Source: Monocercomonoides exilis PA203 (lineage: Eukaryota > Protista > Preaxostyla). Taken from it: a DNA stretch of 64,000 nucleotides. This document shows, piece by piece, positions 12,966 through 25,400 of the stretch. The position numbers and the translations under genes are program-made. The stretch is taken from the NCBI GenBank assembly GCA_001643675.2, contig LSRY02000022.1, positions 744,001 to 808,000 on the forward strand, read 5' to 3'. How positions within the stretch are numbered: the stretch's first letter is position 1; every line of letters begins with the position of its first letter. Below the pieces are notes generated by a model. It ran no database searches, was not told the origin of the DNA, and worked only from the letters and a program-made list of their open reading frames with translations.

Positions 12966-15416
12966 TATTGGACAAAATTTTTGCAATTATGAAAAATACA
13001 AAGATTGATTTCATACTTTATTTGCAATCATATCATAATGTTTCAACCGAAACAATGCAAAAAAAATACTGAAAAATATTAAAATCGAGAAAAATTTTTC
13101 TAAAATATAGAATGGATCAAAATTCATGAAGCAAAATACTTTATCCCATATTCTCGACACAGAATCAACATTTTCAAATTATTCAAATGATCTTTGATTT
13201 GAATTGGACAAATTTTGGGTACTTGTGGAATAATCTGAAAAAAAAAGTTTATCGAATTGTTTATTTTTGTTTTATTGAATTTATTATTTTCCATTCATTC
13301 TCTTTCTGAAATTATATTTCAAAAGAAATGTGTTTATTTTGAACCATGAATAATTTTGATTCATTGAAAGATGATGATATATCCGAAACATAACACACAG
13401 TTTATACGTTGAAATTCAACCTATTTGTGACTTTAATTACAAATGTTCTCCAAAACATAAATCTGGAATATTGATTATTAATAATATCGAAACACTGTTC
13501 CATTTTCTGAGATTGATGAGTGATTGTCTGAACTCTGAGTTGCATGGATGAGTTGCGTCGATTGACCGGATGACGATATATCAGCAAGGATTTTACACAC
13601 TTTCAGAGTTATTATTTTTCGAAATGGATGACACAGGAACTGTTGGACTTCCATTTTTGATAAAAAACGATTTGATGTTTGTTTTTTTATTTTTCCTCAC
13701 AAACTTGTTGATGTTTCGAGTTTTCTTTATCCTTTTGAAAACACAGAAATATGGCAAATAATAATTTGTTGAACAGGAAATGCATTTCAGACAGAATGAT
13801 GGAAAAGGCATGTTTTCATTTTATTGAAATTATTCAACGAGAGAAAGCACAAGAAAGTTTTGGAATTTTCAAAACTATTGATGAAATTGAAAATACGAAC
13901 CAAATAGGCTTTCAATTCGTTGGATTATATCAAAAGGGAAATAACTTATTCTCAGATTGCATTTGGAGCAAATGTTGGAGAAATGCACCTCAGAGATTTT
14001 TGAGAAGGAAAGTGGCTGTCATCGTCAGCAAAGGCTTGATATTTTCATCAAACAAGAGGAGATTAGACATACAAAACAAGCAAAATCGAATGACCTTTTT
14101 ATTTCACAAAGAAGTGGTTCCTCTTGCAATTGAAAGGGAATTCATCTTTTTAACAGAAATGCCATTTGCCAGCCAAAATTGTTTCAGGTTTCGTTATCAG
14201 CGCGAAACAAAAGAAAAGCAACATCAACGAAGCATTCAACAATATATCTATTTGCAATCAAATAGAACAAAAAGCATTTTTCATTTTTATTTCTTTTTCT
14301 GAAAATCTGCCAATTGAGAAAGAAAGGCGATTTCTTCTTCGAGATTGTCTTCAACTCCATCGCAAACATCGGTGAAGAAAAAAAATAGAGATTGTCAAAT
14401 TCTTTGTCTTCCTCTTCATTCTTCATTCTCTTCTGGACAAGGTTATGATTTCTCTCCACTTCTTCAAATTTGTGAATGAATTATTGGACGTTGAGCATCG
14501 ATTGTTGAATATCACAAATCGAGCACATTTCAGTCAACTCATTTCATTTTCATTCATCTGCTCTCATTTTCATCTTCATCTTCATCTTCATTTTCATCTG
14601 CCAGATATTCCATTGACTTTTTCTGCATTTCAATCTCACATGCAACTTTGAAGCATCTTCCAAAGCCAGAAAAAAGAATATTCATTCTTCATCATCAGCA
14701 ATTTCACTTCATTTGATTCGATCGATCGATGTTCTTTTTCAAATGGAAAAATAAATAAAATAGCAAAAAAAAGTTATCCAAAGTCGACTTTTCAAAAGAA
14801 AAAACAGACTTTTGCTGATGAAATTTATTAATTGTTCTTTTCAGTCACTTCGATTCAATAATTTTTGCTCTCCTGAATGTTTGCACTTGCTTCGCTTCGC
14901 AAATGATTGCTTTTCAAATCATTGCTCATAACTTTTTAGGAAGTTTTCAGCATTATCGATTTCTCTCAAAAGGAACAAGCTCCTCTTCCATTCTTATCAG
15001 TTTTTCAAGCAAGCAAATGTTAATAAAAAATTCGCAATAGATTTATAAAAATAACACAACAGAAAACAAAACAGAAAATCATCCAATAAAACCTCACAAA
15101 AAAATTAAAAAAATCAAAAATAAAATCGCAAGCATTTTATTTATCGAGAAATCTTTTATTTTTTTATCCTTCTCTATTAATGAAAGAGAAAGAAGCGAAA
15201 CAACCATTTTCTCTCTCAATCAAATCAAATCAAATCAATCTGAACTTTAACAAAACCAAATTTAATAAAATTATATTAAAATCAACAAAACAAAGCAAAC
15301 ATTCAGTAATAAATAGTAAAAACCACAATGTTTGAATGCTTTCCATCCAGGAAAAAGAAAAAAAAATCAATTTATCAAAATTTTGAATCTTTCACGATTT
15401 ATTCTCAGATATCGAA

Positions 15417-17295
15417 TCAGGCAGATTGAGCTGGCTGATCCTTCATTTTCATCTGGCAAATTGGGCACTCTCCAACAGTCTCTTCCCAGTCACTCCCGCA
15501 GTTGCGATGGAACGAGTGACCACATTTGTATATTTGTACTGATCCGTTGAATTGCCATTTGTGGCAAATTCCACACACCTCCGGCACAGCCACATCATAT
15601 GGCAGTGTCGGATGCTTCACAACTCTCCCTCTGGGCAATGCCTCAATCTGCAGCAAAAGAAACTTTGCTGTTCCGGCTTCCTTCTCGTCGTATGTCGTAT
15701 ACTTTTCATTCCCTGCCTCCTTCCATGGCATTTGCATCCTTGTCCCATCCTCTTTCACAGATGAAATCCGCCATCTGCAATCATAGAATCCCGGCTTCAG
15801 AGGGACAATCTGCTTCAGGCAGCACGGACAGAACGGCTTGCTCCCATACAAATCAAATGTCTTCATTCCCCATCTGCAAATTACCTGTTTCTTGAATGCA
15901 GGACATCCCTCGTTCTCGCATATTCCTTCGATGTTGATACCACTTCCCACAATACGCCACGGTGGAGCTGTATTGCTGAAAGAACTCTCCACCAACGCAT
16001 CAGTCTTCGTCACATCCACAAATGCATGCGATGGGCAGCTCCCTCCTCCGCGTAACCTCAAAACAAGATTGATAATAGCTTCACGATATATTCCATAGTC
16101 CTTCAAAGTACGACCATTTTCCAACTGTTTTCCAGCAAATATCATCCTATATTTAGATGAAAATGTGTTATCATATTCGTATATCCTTTCTTTCAACTCT
16201 TCAATGGTCATCTCCGAATTAACATCGATTCGAAGTGTTTTTCCTGAAAGTTTTTTGATGAAAATGAAAATCATTTCTTCTATTTCTTCATGTGCACAAA
16301 GCCTATCTTTATCTTTAAAGCCGAATGAAGAAATCTTCCTGTCATCATCCATTATCCTTCCTCTCCCAACGAGCATCATCTTATCTGCACAAATTCCCAC
16401 TTCCGGTTCCAATATCTTCTTCAGCTCTTCCACAAGCATCTCCTCTTCTGCTTCAATGAACAGTTTATTTCCTTGACCATACTCTATCTGCAGCGTAAGC
16501 GTTTGAGATCCATTTTGTTCAGCAGCCTCTGATCCAACATTTGATGGGCTTGAGTTAGAGGATGGAGTGGATGAGGATGGCGTGGATGAAGAAGCCTGCT
16601 CTTGCAAACAATTCGCTGTAATCAACTTATAAATGCAGCAGGACAACCCGCTTTGCCCGCAGTACGTCAGCTTCGAAACATATTTTTCTTCTGAACTTTC
16701 CCAAAGTCCGAAACCTCCACTTTTCCATGTTCCGGAATACTTCGTGCCCGTTTCTGAAACAATTGAAATCCATCCAACAGGAACATTCAAGGCCTCTAAT
16801 GCTCTTTCAGCAAACTCGTCAATCGTTGTATCTGGCCTCACATTTTCCACTGTAACCGCTTTCCCTTTCATTTCGTTGTTGCAAACAGTAACGCGAACAG
16901 CAAACGGCTTTGAGCTGCGCAGCTCTGGCGAAATATTTTCTTCAACTTTTGGCAAGGGCTCTTCATTTTCAGTGGCTGTGCCCGCCGCTCCAGATGAAGA
17001 TCTTCGCTTCACTAAATAAATTGTTTCTTCAGAATTCTGTCAATAAGGAAAAGAATGACAAGAAAGAGAAGTTGAAAACAAAAGAAATGGGCCACACTTC
17101 AAGAACATCTCGCACTTTTGAATCGTCAGAAACTATCTTTTGCTTTTGAGCGAAATACAAATCACGCGCATCAACATCGTATTTGTCGGCAAGCCCTCGC
17201 TTAACCCCCTTCATCCAATCATCATTATTCAGATTTAATGAAATGTTCCCCTCCTTGAAAGTGCAAAATTTCACTGTTTGCGTGTTCGTTGACAT
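15417..17295 (-). CDS. Multi-ubiquitin-like-domain protein with a Cys-rich domain and C-terminal RING-H2 (putative E3 ligase), ~605 aa, two exons
   Basis: Exon 1 is 17295-17098, the GT-AG intron is 17097-17037, and the join is in frame (...VRDVLE|[12 protein letters not shown]). There are up to four UBL repeats. The last is clearly ubiquitin-like (IKKLSGKT...[18 protein letters not shown]...LVLRLRGG). RING-H2 motif CGIC...CGHSFHRNC...W...CPIC. Confidence 0.85.
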
Positions 17296-17972
17296 TCAGT
17301 TCAGTTTTCTTTTTTGATTATAACCCTTTATATTTTTTGTTGGATTTCGATTTTTTTAAACTGTTATGTTTTTCAAAAAACAGAATTTCACGAGGTGGGG
17401 GAAAAAATCTAAATGTATCTTTTTTCGGTTGTTCATCAAAATTTTTCGTTTCAAAAAGAATATGTAAATAAATGAAGGTATTTAAATTGTTTTTAATGAA
17501 GAAGACATTTATTCACTTTCTTCTCTTCGATCTGAGAGTTTGTAGTAATTGGGCGTTATGGATTACTTTCTGAATTTTCTCTTTCCATCATTTCTTTTCG
17601 TCTCTGTGATCTTGTTCGAATTATTAACTGGATGCATTTTTCTTCGATGATTTCATTATCGTTTTTCTCGTTTTCATTGTTCGTGGTATTTTCTTGCTTT
17701 TCGTGGAAGGATTGAGACTCATTATCTTCTGGCTCTTCGATACAGTCTGGTTGTGAGATCTCTTCAATTGCTTTCTTTGTTTCATGGCATTCTGGCAAAC
17801 GTGATTATTGATTGATGGGAACGATGGAATCTTTTTCGTCTGATGCAGTTGTGGATGGAGGAACCGTGGAAGGCTGTTGAATTGCTTTCTTTGTCTCCTG
17901 ATTCGATGAAATAATCTGGGCCATCTTGTTTGAAATGTTGGACCTGAAATAATGTTTGATAACTGTGTTGCT

Positions 17973-19189
17973 TCAGACGGATAATCTTGCGAATTTTGCC
18001 ACCTGTTCAACTGGAGTTCCCGCGATTGTTAAGGCTGATATTGAGGCGTGTTTCAAGGTGTATGGGCTGTAGTTCGAAGGGATTCTTGCGTTTTTCATCA
18101 TTTCGCTGGCTTCTTTTCGAATTGCTCCTGCCTTCATAGGATCATATGTTGAAGAGCTCAGAAGTTGTTTTTTGGAATATGGAATGTGAATTTTCACTCG
18201 ATCCCACAATTCTTTAACAGCTGTTGCTGGACATATTAAACTTTCCTTTCTGAGGAATTGGATGACAACGTTGCTTCTTTCAAGTCCAGTTTTTAGTGAC
18301 GTATCCAGGTTAATTGATTGCTCCTCTTTTTCTGATTCCTTGATGTTGATTCTTTCCAATTCTGTGAAGCTGCATGCTGATAACATCATACACAAACAAA
18401 TTGTTTTCCTCGATGGTTGTGAGAACAACAAATTTTCGTTCTTTCCAATCGTTTCTATATAGGTGAAGAGTTGTTGAGGATTCCACATATCTTCTTGTTT
18501 TTTTATTCTTTCTGCATTCTGATCTCCTGAATGATCTGATCAGAATTGAGATCAAGGTGTTCTCTCCAAGTGATTTTCCGTATAATACTGATGTTAGGAA
18601 GGAAATGGCAGATCTGACAATTCTCAATGAAGAAGCTTTCATTCCAATGTTTTTTTAAGGCAACAAACACATCCAAGCATCTTTTTTGCCAAATCTGAAA
18701 TTTGGAAGGGACGTCTTTGAATTTCAACTGATCCCATCCGTCTTTGAAATGTGCAAACCCATCTATGTATCCCATCCATGAGGCACATGCGACGCCTGTT
18801 AAGCACTCTTTGGCCAGTTCACGTGACATGTTTTTTGATACCAAAATCTCGTTCCACCACGATTCTCCCTTTTCGGTTATGGATTGATTAGGCATATCCT
18901 CAGTCTCCCTGGAGGAAGCGTTGCATTCATTAGCTTCGTCCATCTTCCTTCCTAGCTTATCTCCTCCGTTCTCCTCAATGTCCAAGAGAAGTGATTTGTG
19001 TTGTTCAAAAGAGGTTCCCATATCTGACCCTCCCAATCTGGAAGAAGAAGAAGAACTCGAGCTTTCTCCATCGCTGCTTTTTGGATCCCAGCTGGAATCA
19101 TAGGAATCGGGAGAAGAGCAAGTACTGTCTCGTTTCTCCAAGAAATTTGTATCCTTTCTTGACTTAAACCGTTTTCTGGTCCGCACCAT
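17973..19189 (-). pseudogene. DIRS tyrosine recombinase (frameshifted)
   Basis: ICPATAV and YSPYTLKHASISAL...VEQVAKFARLS resemble the phage-integrase-type box II region. It overlaps the MT region in another frame, as in DIRS1. Confidence 0.75.
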
Positions 19190-20659
19190 CTCGTTGCTTT
19201 TGTGTTTTCTTTTGTCGCGAAGGCATCGAAAGTGATATGCATCTGAAGCTGATTGGTAATCTCTTCGAGTGTTTTTTGTTCAACTTCGTAATCTCCTCAT
19301 TTTGCCAATTTCTATAGGCCGACTGCTCTGACGTTTTTCTCTCCAGGAATATGTTGAGCTTTCACAACAACTTTCAGCGCTTGAGTTTGATTCCATATTT
19401 TCTTCAGAAGGGTTCTGAGATTCGGACCCGCTCCCCATCGATTCAGATTGAAAACTGCTGTTGTGTTGTCTGATTGAATAAGCAGATTTCATATTTCTTG
19501 ATTTCGAATGGAAATTGAGTAATGCGCGATGGCTTAATTTATTGCGAATAGCTCTCTGCAATTTGAACTTTGGTTTCTGACAAAAAGTGGAAGAGGTTTG
19601 TGAAAGTCCATCATTTGATTGTTGACTTTCAGTGTTGCGCCGATGGCAAGCCCCGATGCATCTGTCGTCAGAATAGCTTCTGGTCGAAACACTGGATTCA
19701 ATCTCCTTGGTTGGTTCTTTTTCAGCCTTTCGCTCCACTTCCTGAGACAATTAGTTATCCATCCATTCACGCACAGTTTTCCTTGCCATCCACTCAGACT
19801 CAAAGCTTTGTTTTGGAGTTTGAACAGTTGTGACAAATTCAGGGAAGCTTTTTGACACACGAATCTGGTCACATTCAGTTTCCCTATCAACGAGGCTTAC
19901 TTCTTTATCGAAACAACTCTGTTGTATTCGGCAATCCTCCTCCATTTCTGGCACTCTTTCATCAGCTCTGTTTTCTTCGACTCCTTCATTTGAACCACAA
20001 ACCGATTGGAATTTGTTGAACAACGAAAGAGTTTTCTTCGCTATAATATTGAGTTCCTGTGGGTATTGATGAAGAAGAATAATATCTTCTAAGTATGCGA
20101 TGGTTCTCACATTCCATTCATCCCTCATGTATTTCAGAACTTTACTCATCACTTTTGTGAACGTTCGAGGTGCATTTTTGTATCCGAAAGACATTCCGTG
20201 GAAAGCGTAGTATTTTCCTTTGAAAACGAACGAAAGGAATGGCGATAATTCTTCGTGACTTTTATAAGATAATAAGCTTGGCTCAAGTCCAGCTTGACTG
20301 CGTAATCCTTTTCTTGTATAATTTTCTCCACTGTTTTGTGGTTTTCTTGCTTGCAACACATTGTCTTGATTGCATTGTTGAATCTGCCAAAATCCACAAT
20401 TTGCCTCCAGCCACTGTCTTTCTTTCTGATAACAAACACTTGGTTCTAATGCTTCACATCCTTTTCCTAACTCGGTTTGATGATATTTGCTTCCAGTTGC
20501 TTCTTGATAATCTCTGAAAAGGCTTGATGGGCTTCTTGACTCTGATGCTCCAAAGGGTTGAACACTCCTGTTTTCTTGAAAGATACTTTCGTAGCTTTGC
20601 TCCTCTATACAGAACTTACTCCTTTCCCAATAATTCGTGCTCCTCCAATTTTTCTCCAT
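18952..20659 (-). pseudogene. DIRS RT / RNase H / adenine-methyltransferase-like ORF (frameshifted)
   Basis: RT motifs FVIRKKDSGWRQIVD, KLDLSQAY, MSFGYKNAPRTFTK and IAYLEDII (YLDD changed to YLED). RNase H motifs LTTDASG and SSNCRELFAI. MT-like motifs FDAFATKENTK and VLLLLPDWEGQIW. Confidence 0.85.
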
Positions 20660-20699
20660 TCTTCAAGAACTTCTGATTGCCTTTGAGTTAGAAGACTTG

Positions 20700-21276
20700 T
20701 AGCTGAGCTTTCCTTCATCTGTGCAGCTGCCCTAAAGCCGAATCTTCCTTGAATTCTTACAGATCTTGCTTTCTTCAGCGCTTTTGAAACGAATAAAATT
20801 TTATCAGTAATCGATACTTATAAATCATCTTTTTCTTTCAATTTTGCACGTGTGAAAAGCAGGATTTTAATGGCTGGATACAGAAAGGCTTCAGTGCGCT
20901 CGCCTGCCTTATCCAACACGTCGTTCATCCAATTATCTGTTTTCGATGTTGCAGGAGGAGCCCTTGGCAGAAATGGACTTAAATCTTCTTCCTTCAAATC
21001 ACTTACAAGATCTTCCAAATATCTTTCTGGTAGATCCATATCATATAAGCTGCAATCTAGATCTCGGAGAAATATTGTCTTAAAACTGCTTTCTAGTAGC
21101 AAACTATCCTCGTCATAGCTTATTTTCGCTTCTGAAGCTCCCGGGATCTGCTGGGAAAATTCAGAACTGGAATGAGTAATTAAACTTGAAAAGGTCTCTC
21201 CAGGAGGTCCATCTGACATCATTGATGTGGCGGAATTCAACGCGGGTCCAGTGCTGAGTGGAGAGCAAGGGAGCAT
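20700..21276 (-). pseudogene. DIRS gag-like ORF1 remnant
   Basis: First ORF inside the ITR and upstream of RT. Called by position only. Confidence 0.45.
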
Positions 21277-22417
21277 TCTTTTTTCAAATTCGCAGCGACT
21301 GACACTTAAGTGATAATCTCTGATCGAAGAGAAGAAAGTGAATGAATGTTTTCTTGAAAATCAAAATGCTTGCGTTTTGATTAATCCGAATTCCATCATC
21401 ACTTTGCAAGGGACAAAGAAGACTTTGAAAACAACAAAATGTTTCAAATGATAATTCCTTTGTTGTCAAAACACTGCTTTTTAAAAAAAAATAAAATTCA
21501 ACATATCAGGAATTTAAAGCATTCCAACAAGAATTATAAGTGAAATCCAATAAAGACAGAAGAAATGGCAACATACACACAAACAAGAAAAAAATTAAAA
21601 AATATAAAATATAAAATAAAAAATAAAAAATATAAAAGTATAAAAATGAAAGTGAATTCAAAATACATACAAAAACAAACAGTGAAATATTGTTTGATTT
21701 CTTATCAACCAATGAAGCAGAATCGTATTTCACCCAGCAAAAGAAAACAACAATCAGCAGAAATGCTCCAACGAATGAGTGTCCAACAAAAAGAGAAGGG
21801 AAAAGCTTAAGCAAAATCAACAGAGCAAAAAGTGTTTTTTTGGATTGGCTGTTCAGCGCTGATGCAAAAACAACCGAAACACGAAACAGAAACAGAATGA
21901 AAGAGCAGCTGCGAAATCTGGATGATATCCCTTTCCAGACTCACCACATCTGAGCAACCAGCAAATATTCAAAAGAAAAATAACATAAACAAACACACAA
22001 TCACTCTTTGAGCATTTCACAAACATACTTCCTCTGCATACAAATACAAAATCAAATAAAACTTAACCAGTCCAAATACCTCTCGAAACACAAATAAAAT
22101 TATTAAAAATACAAAAAAAAATGTTTTTTTTGTCCAAAAATGAAACAGAACGAAAGTGAATGGAAAGAATACATAAAAACAATAAATACACAACAGAATC
22201 CTGTACCACCTCATTTCGATGCCCTCTTCTCTTCTCTTCTCTTCTCTTCTCTTCTGTCTCCCTCACCTGCTTCGCTGCCCAATCCTAACAAACTGCCTGC
22301 TCATACAAAAACAAAATCTGATTTTGGGTTGCCAGATGAGCTGGCTGAGCTGGCTGTGCTGGCTGTGCTGCTTTGTTTCAGCATTCCGAGAGTGAGATTC
22401 ATTCCCAGACGCACTTT

Positions 22418-25400
22418 TCAACAAACAGTCTCTGAAGGCGCGCCAGGTGGAAAGGAAGGGCGAAATGTGTCTTTTGGCGAGTTACTCGAGGAGTCAGATG
22501 CCGATGAAGTGGAGGTGGAAGAAGAAGTCAACAAAGATGATTTACAAGCCGATGAAGAAGATGAATTGAATGAGGAAGAGCAAGATGAACGGGATGAAGA
22601 GGAGGAAGAGGAGGAAGGGGATGAAGGGGATGAAGGGGATGAAGAGGATGAAGAAAAGGAAGAGGATGAAGAGGAGGAAGAAAAGGAAGAGGAAGCGGTT
22701 GTTGCTTGCTTCTCTGATGGAAGCATGTTGCCAACTGACGAGTCCGATGTGATCTCCAGCGCTGCAGACGATGTCGAAGATGGCGTGCTCGCACCAATCG
22801 AAGAAGACGATGAAGAATACTGCGGCAGCGTCGAAGATGATACAAGAGACGAAAAAGAAGAGCTGGGAAAGGACGAACTTGACGACGACGGAGCAAAAGT
22901 CGTGCTGAATGACGACATCTGATGCGAAGACATGATGAACGAAGTCGACGAAATAGATGGAATGAACGACGTCGAGAAATACGAGGCAGACGCTGTTGGA
23001 AGCAAAGAAGACGAGTTGGATGAGGAGGAGGAAGATGAAGAAGACGAAGAAGACGAAGAAGGTGACAGTTGAGAGGAATAGAAATAATGCGATGCACCTA
23101 GAACAGCTGTGGATGGAAGGGATGATGTCGGTGATGAAGGCGAAGGAGAAAACGGAGGAGAGCGCGGAGACACAGGAGACACAGGCGACACTGGTGATGC
23201 AAGCGACACAGGAGAGACAGAAGAAGACGGAGACGGTGAAAGGGGATGGGTGGATGTGTTGGCAACACTCGTGGGCTCAGAAAGTGCATCCAGATGGTGC
23301 AATGCATCGGGACGAGAGCCGAATGCCGCCTCACCTGCCTTTGGGGATGTTGTCGAGCCAAATGGAAGGCACGCCGAAGCAGCCGACACGCTTTGTGTGG
23401 TGGTGTTTGTGGTGTTGCCAGCAGATGACACACTTGCAGCTGATGCCATGTCTGCCTGAACACCACTCGATGCAGATGAACCCGATGATGCTGATGATTG
23501 TGATTCACGAACACAACCAGAGACACCTTCTTCTGTCTCATCTCGTCTGCTCCTTTCTCCTCCATTGCAACCTCTATCCTCCATTTCCGTCTTCCCACAC
23601 CTTCTTCTCCGCCTTTCCTCTTCCTCTTCGTTTTTCTCTTTATCGCCATTCGCATCATCTGCAGATCCCACCGTGTCCATCTGCCCTCCTTCCTTTCCTT
23701 TTCCCTCCACGCTCCTCACTCGAAGCTGTGATGTTGTAGAACGCATCTTTGTCTTCCCTAGCGGAACAATCCCCATGTTCAGCGAAGTGCCATCTCCCAT
23801 GCGCGAAAGATAGGAGAAGGTCTGTGAGCGAACAGATGGTGTGTGGAAAGGGAAGCGCTCCATTCCAACAGGACTATCTGAAGAAGGAGAAAAAGAGAAA
23901 GAATTTTGTTCAGCTGCTGGAATTGTTGAAGATGAGGAATTTGGCGGGTTGAAAGAAGGAGGAGGCGGAAGAGGAAGAGGCGGATACGGAGGCAGTGGCG
24001 GAAGTGCCGGAGGAGCCGGAGGAGCTGAAGGTGCTTGAGGCGCTGGAGAAAAAGAACTTTGAGAGGAGAGCAATTTTTGCTGCGGATGATGCTGAGACAA
24101 AGGAGTTGGCAACTTTCTTGAATCAAACCGCAAATCGCATTTTGACTGCTCATTTCGATCGCTTTCATCCTCTTTCCCCTCTTCCCTCTTCCTTCTTCCT
24201 TCCTTTCCCCCTCTTTTCTCCTTTCTTCTGCCACCAAGACATGACGAATTGCTTTCCTCTTCTTTCTTTTCTTTTCGCTTTTGACGCCTGCCGATGTGTC
24301 CATGCCGAAGGCCCTCGTCCATGTGCTCCGTTCTGCCACCATCTGAATCGCCACCGCGATGCTTGTGTCTGTGTCTGCGTCTGCGTCTGTGCCCATGTCT
24401 GTGTCTGTGTTTGCCCTGATAGGATTTGTGCGAATCCTCAAGACCCCCCAACAATCTGCTGCGCCTACACCTTTTGCTCACACTGCTCGTAGACTGCTTG
24501 CCAATAGAGCAGAACGAAAAAGAAGAAGAGAAAGAAGAACGCGAAATGGTTGTTCCAAAAAAAGAGCTGGGCGAACGAGGAATAGGCAATGGCGAGGAAG
24601 AAATCGAAGAATAAGACGAATGCAACCCTTTCTGATCGCTCTCGTCTCTGCTTGCCCTTTCATCCTTCTCCTTCTTTCTTTTCCCCTTCATTTTTCTTGA
24701 TGAATTCTTTCTCTTTTTCTGGCCATGTGAAGGAAATAGAGAAGTGTGTTTACCTCCCCTCTCGTGTGCCGGAAACCTCACGCTGCTCATTTCCATCTCC
24801 CTTGCACGGCCTCTCTGCTTCTGTCCCTCCAAAACATTTCGCATTATCCCCTCTCCTGTGCTGCCTTCCCCCTTCCCCACACCGGCCACCGATGACGTTG
24901 AAGCCCTGCTGGAATATCCAATCCCCACAGATGGCCCAATAGAATGTGCCTTGCGTTGCTGTTGGCTTATGTGATGCTTCAAGTGCAAATGTCTTCTGCA
25001 ATTGCGATGGCTTCTGTGCAAATGAGGAGATCGATGATGGCTCCGATGGCTTCGATGCGCACGTGATTTCTGCCCCTTACGAACCTTGTGAGCTTCGTGA
25101 GCTTCGTGAGCTTCGTGAGCTTCGTGAGCTTTGTGAGTGTTGTCAGACTTATAAGATTTGTGTGTTTGCTTGGGTCGAGACTCCGTTTGTCTCTTCCTCT
25201 TCGTATGGCTGGATGCTGAACATGAGGAGGAGGTAGCAATGGGAGATGAAGAAGCAGCAGAAAAAGAAGAAGAAGAGGAAGGAGACTTTGGTTGGAGCCT
25301 CGCATTATGCTTGCCAAATGATAACAACGAAGAAGCAGATGATGAAGCTGACAGATGCGTGGTGGGTGTCACAGATGTGCTCGCTGGAGTCACCTGGAAC

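Larger units (their letters stand above)
17499..21355 (-). mobile_element. Degenerate DIRS1-like tyrosine-recombinase retrotransposon
   Basis: Order on the minus strand is gag-like, RT, RNase H, methyltransferase-like, then an overlapping YR. Terminal inverted repeats 17499-17532 and 21322-21355 match at 32/34. Confidence 0.85.

Noticed and set aside
13400-14750. Coding-like stretch with short ORFs on both strands
   Set aside because: Probably a decayed gene, but I cannot support any motif or strand.
21506-22266. Short ORFs between the DIRS element and the giant gene
   Set aside because: Low-complexity A-rich sequence, likely 3' UTR or intergenic, with no domain evidence.
25089-25136. 9-bp tandem repeat GAGCTTCGT as a CRISPR-like or regulatory array
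   Set aside because: There are no spacers. It encodes HEA repeats inside the giant ORF.
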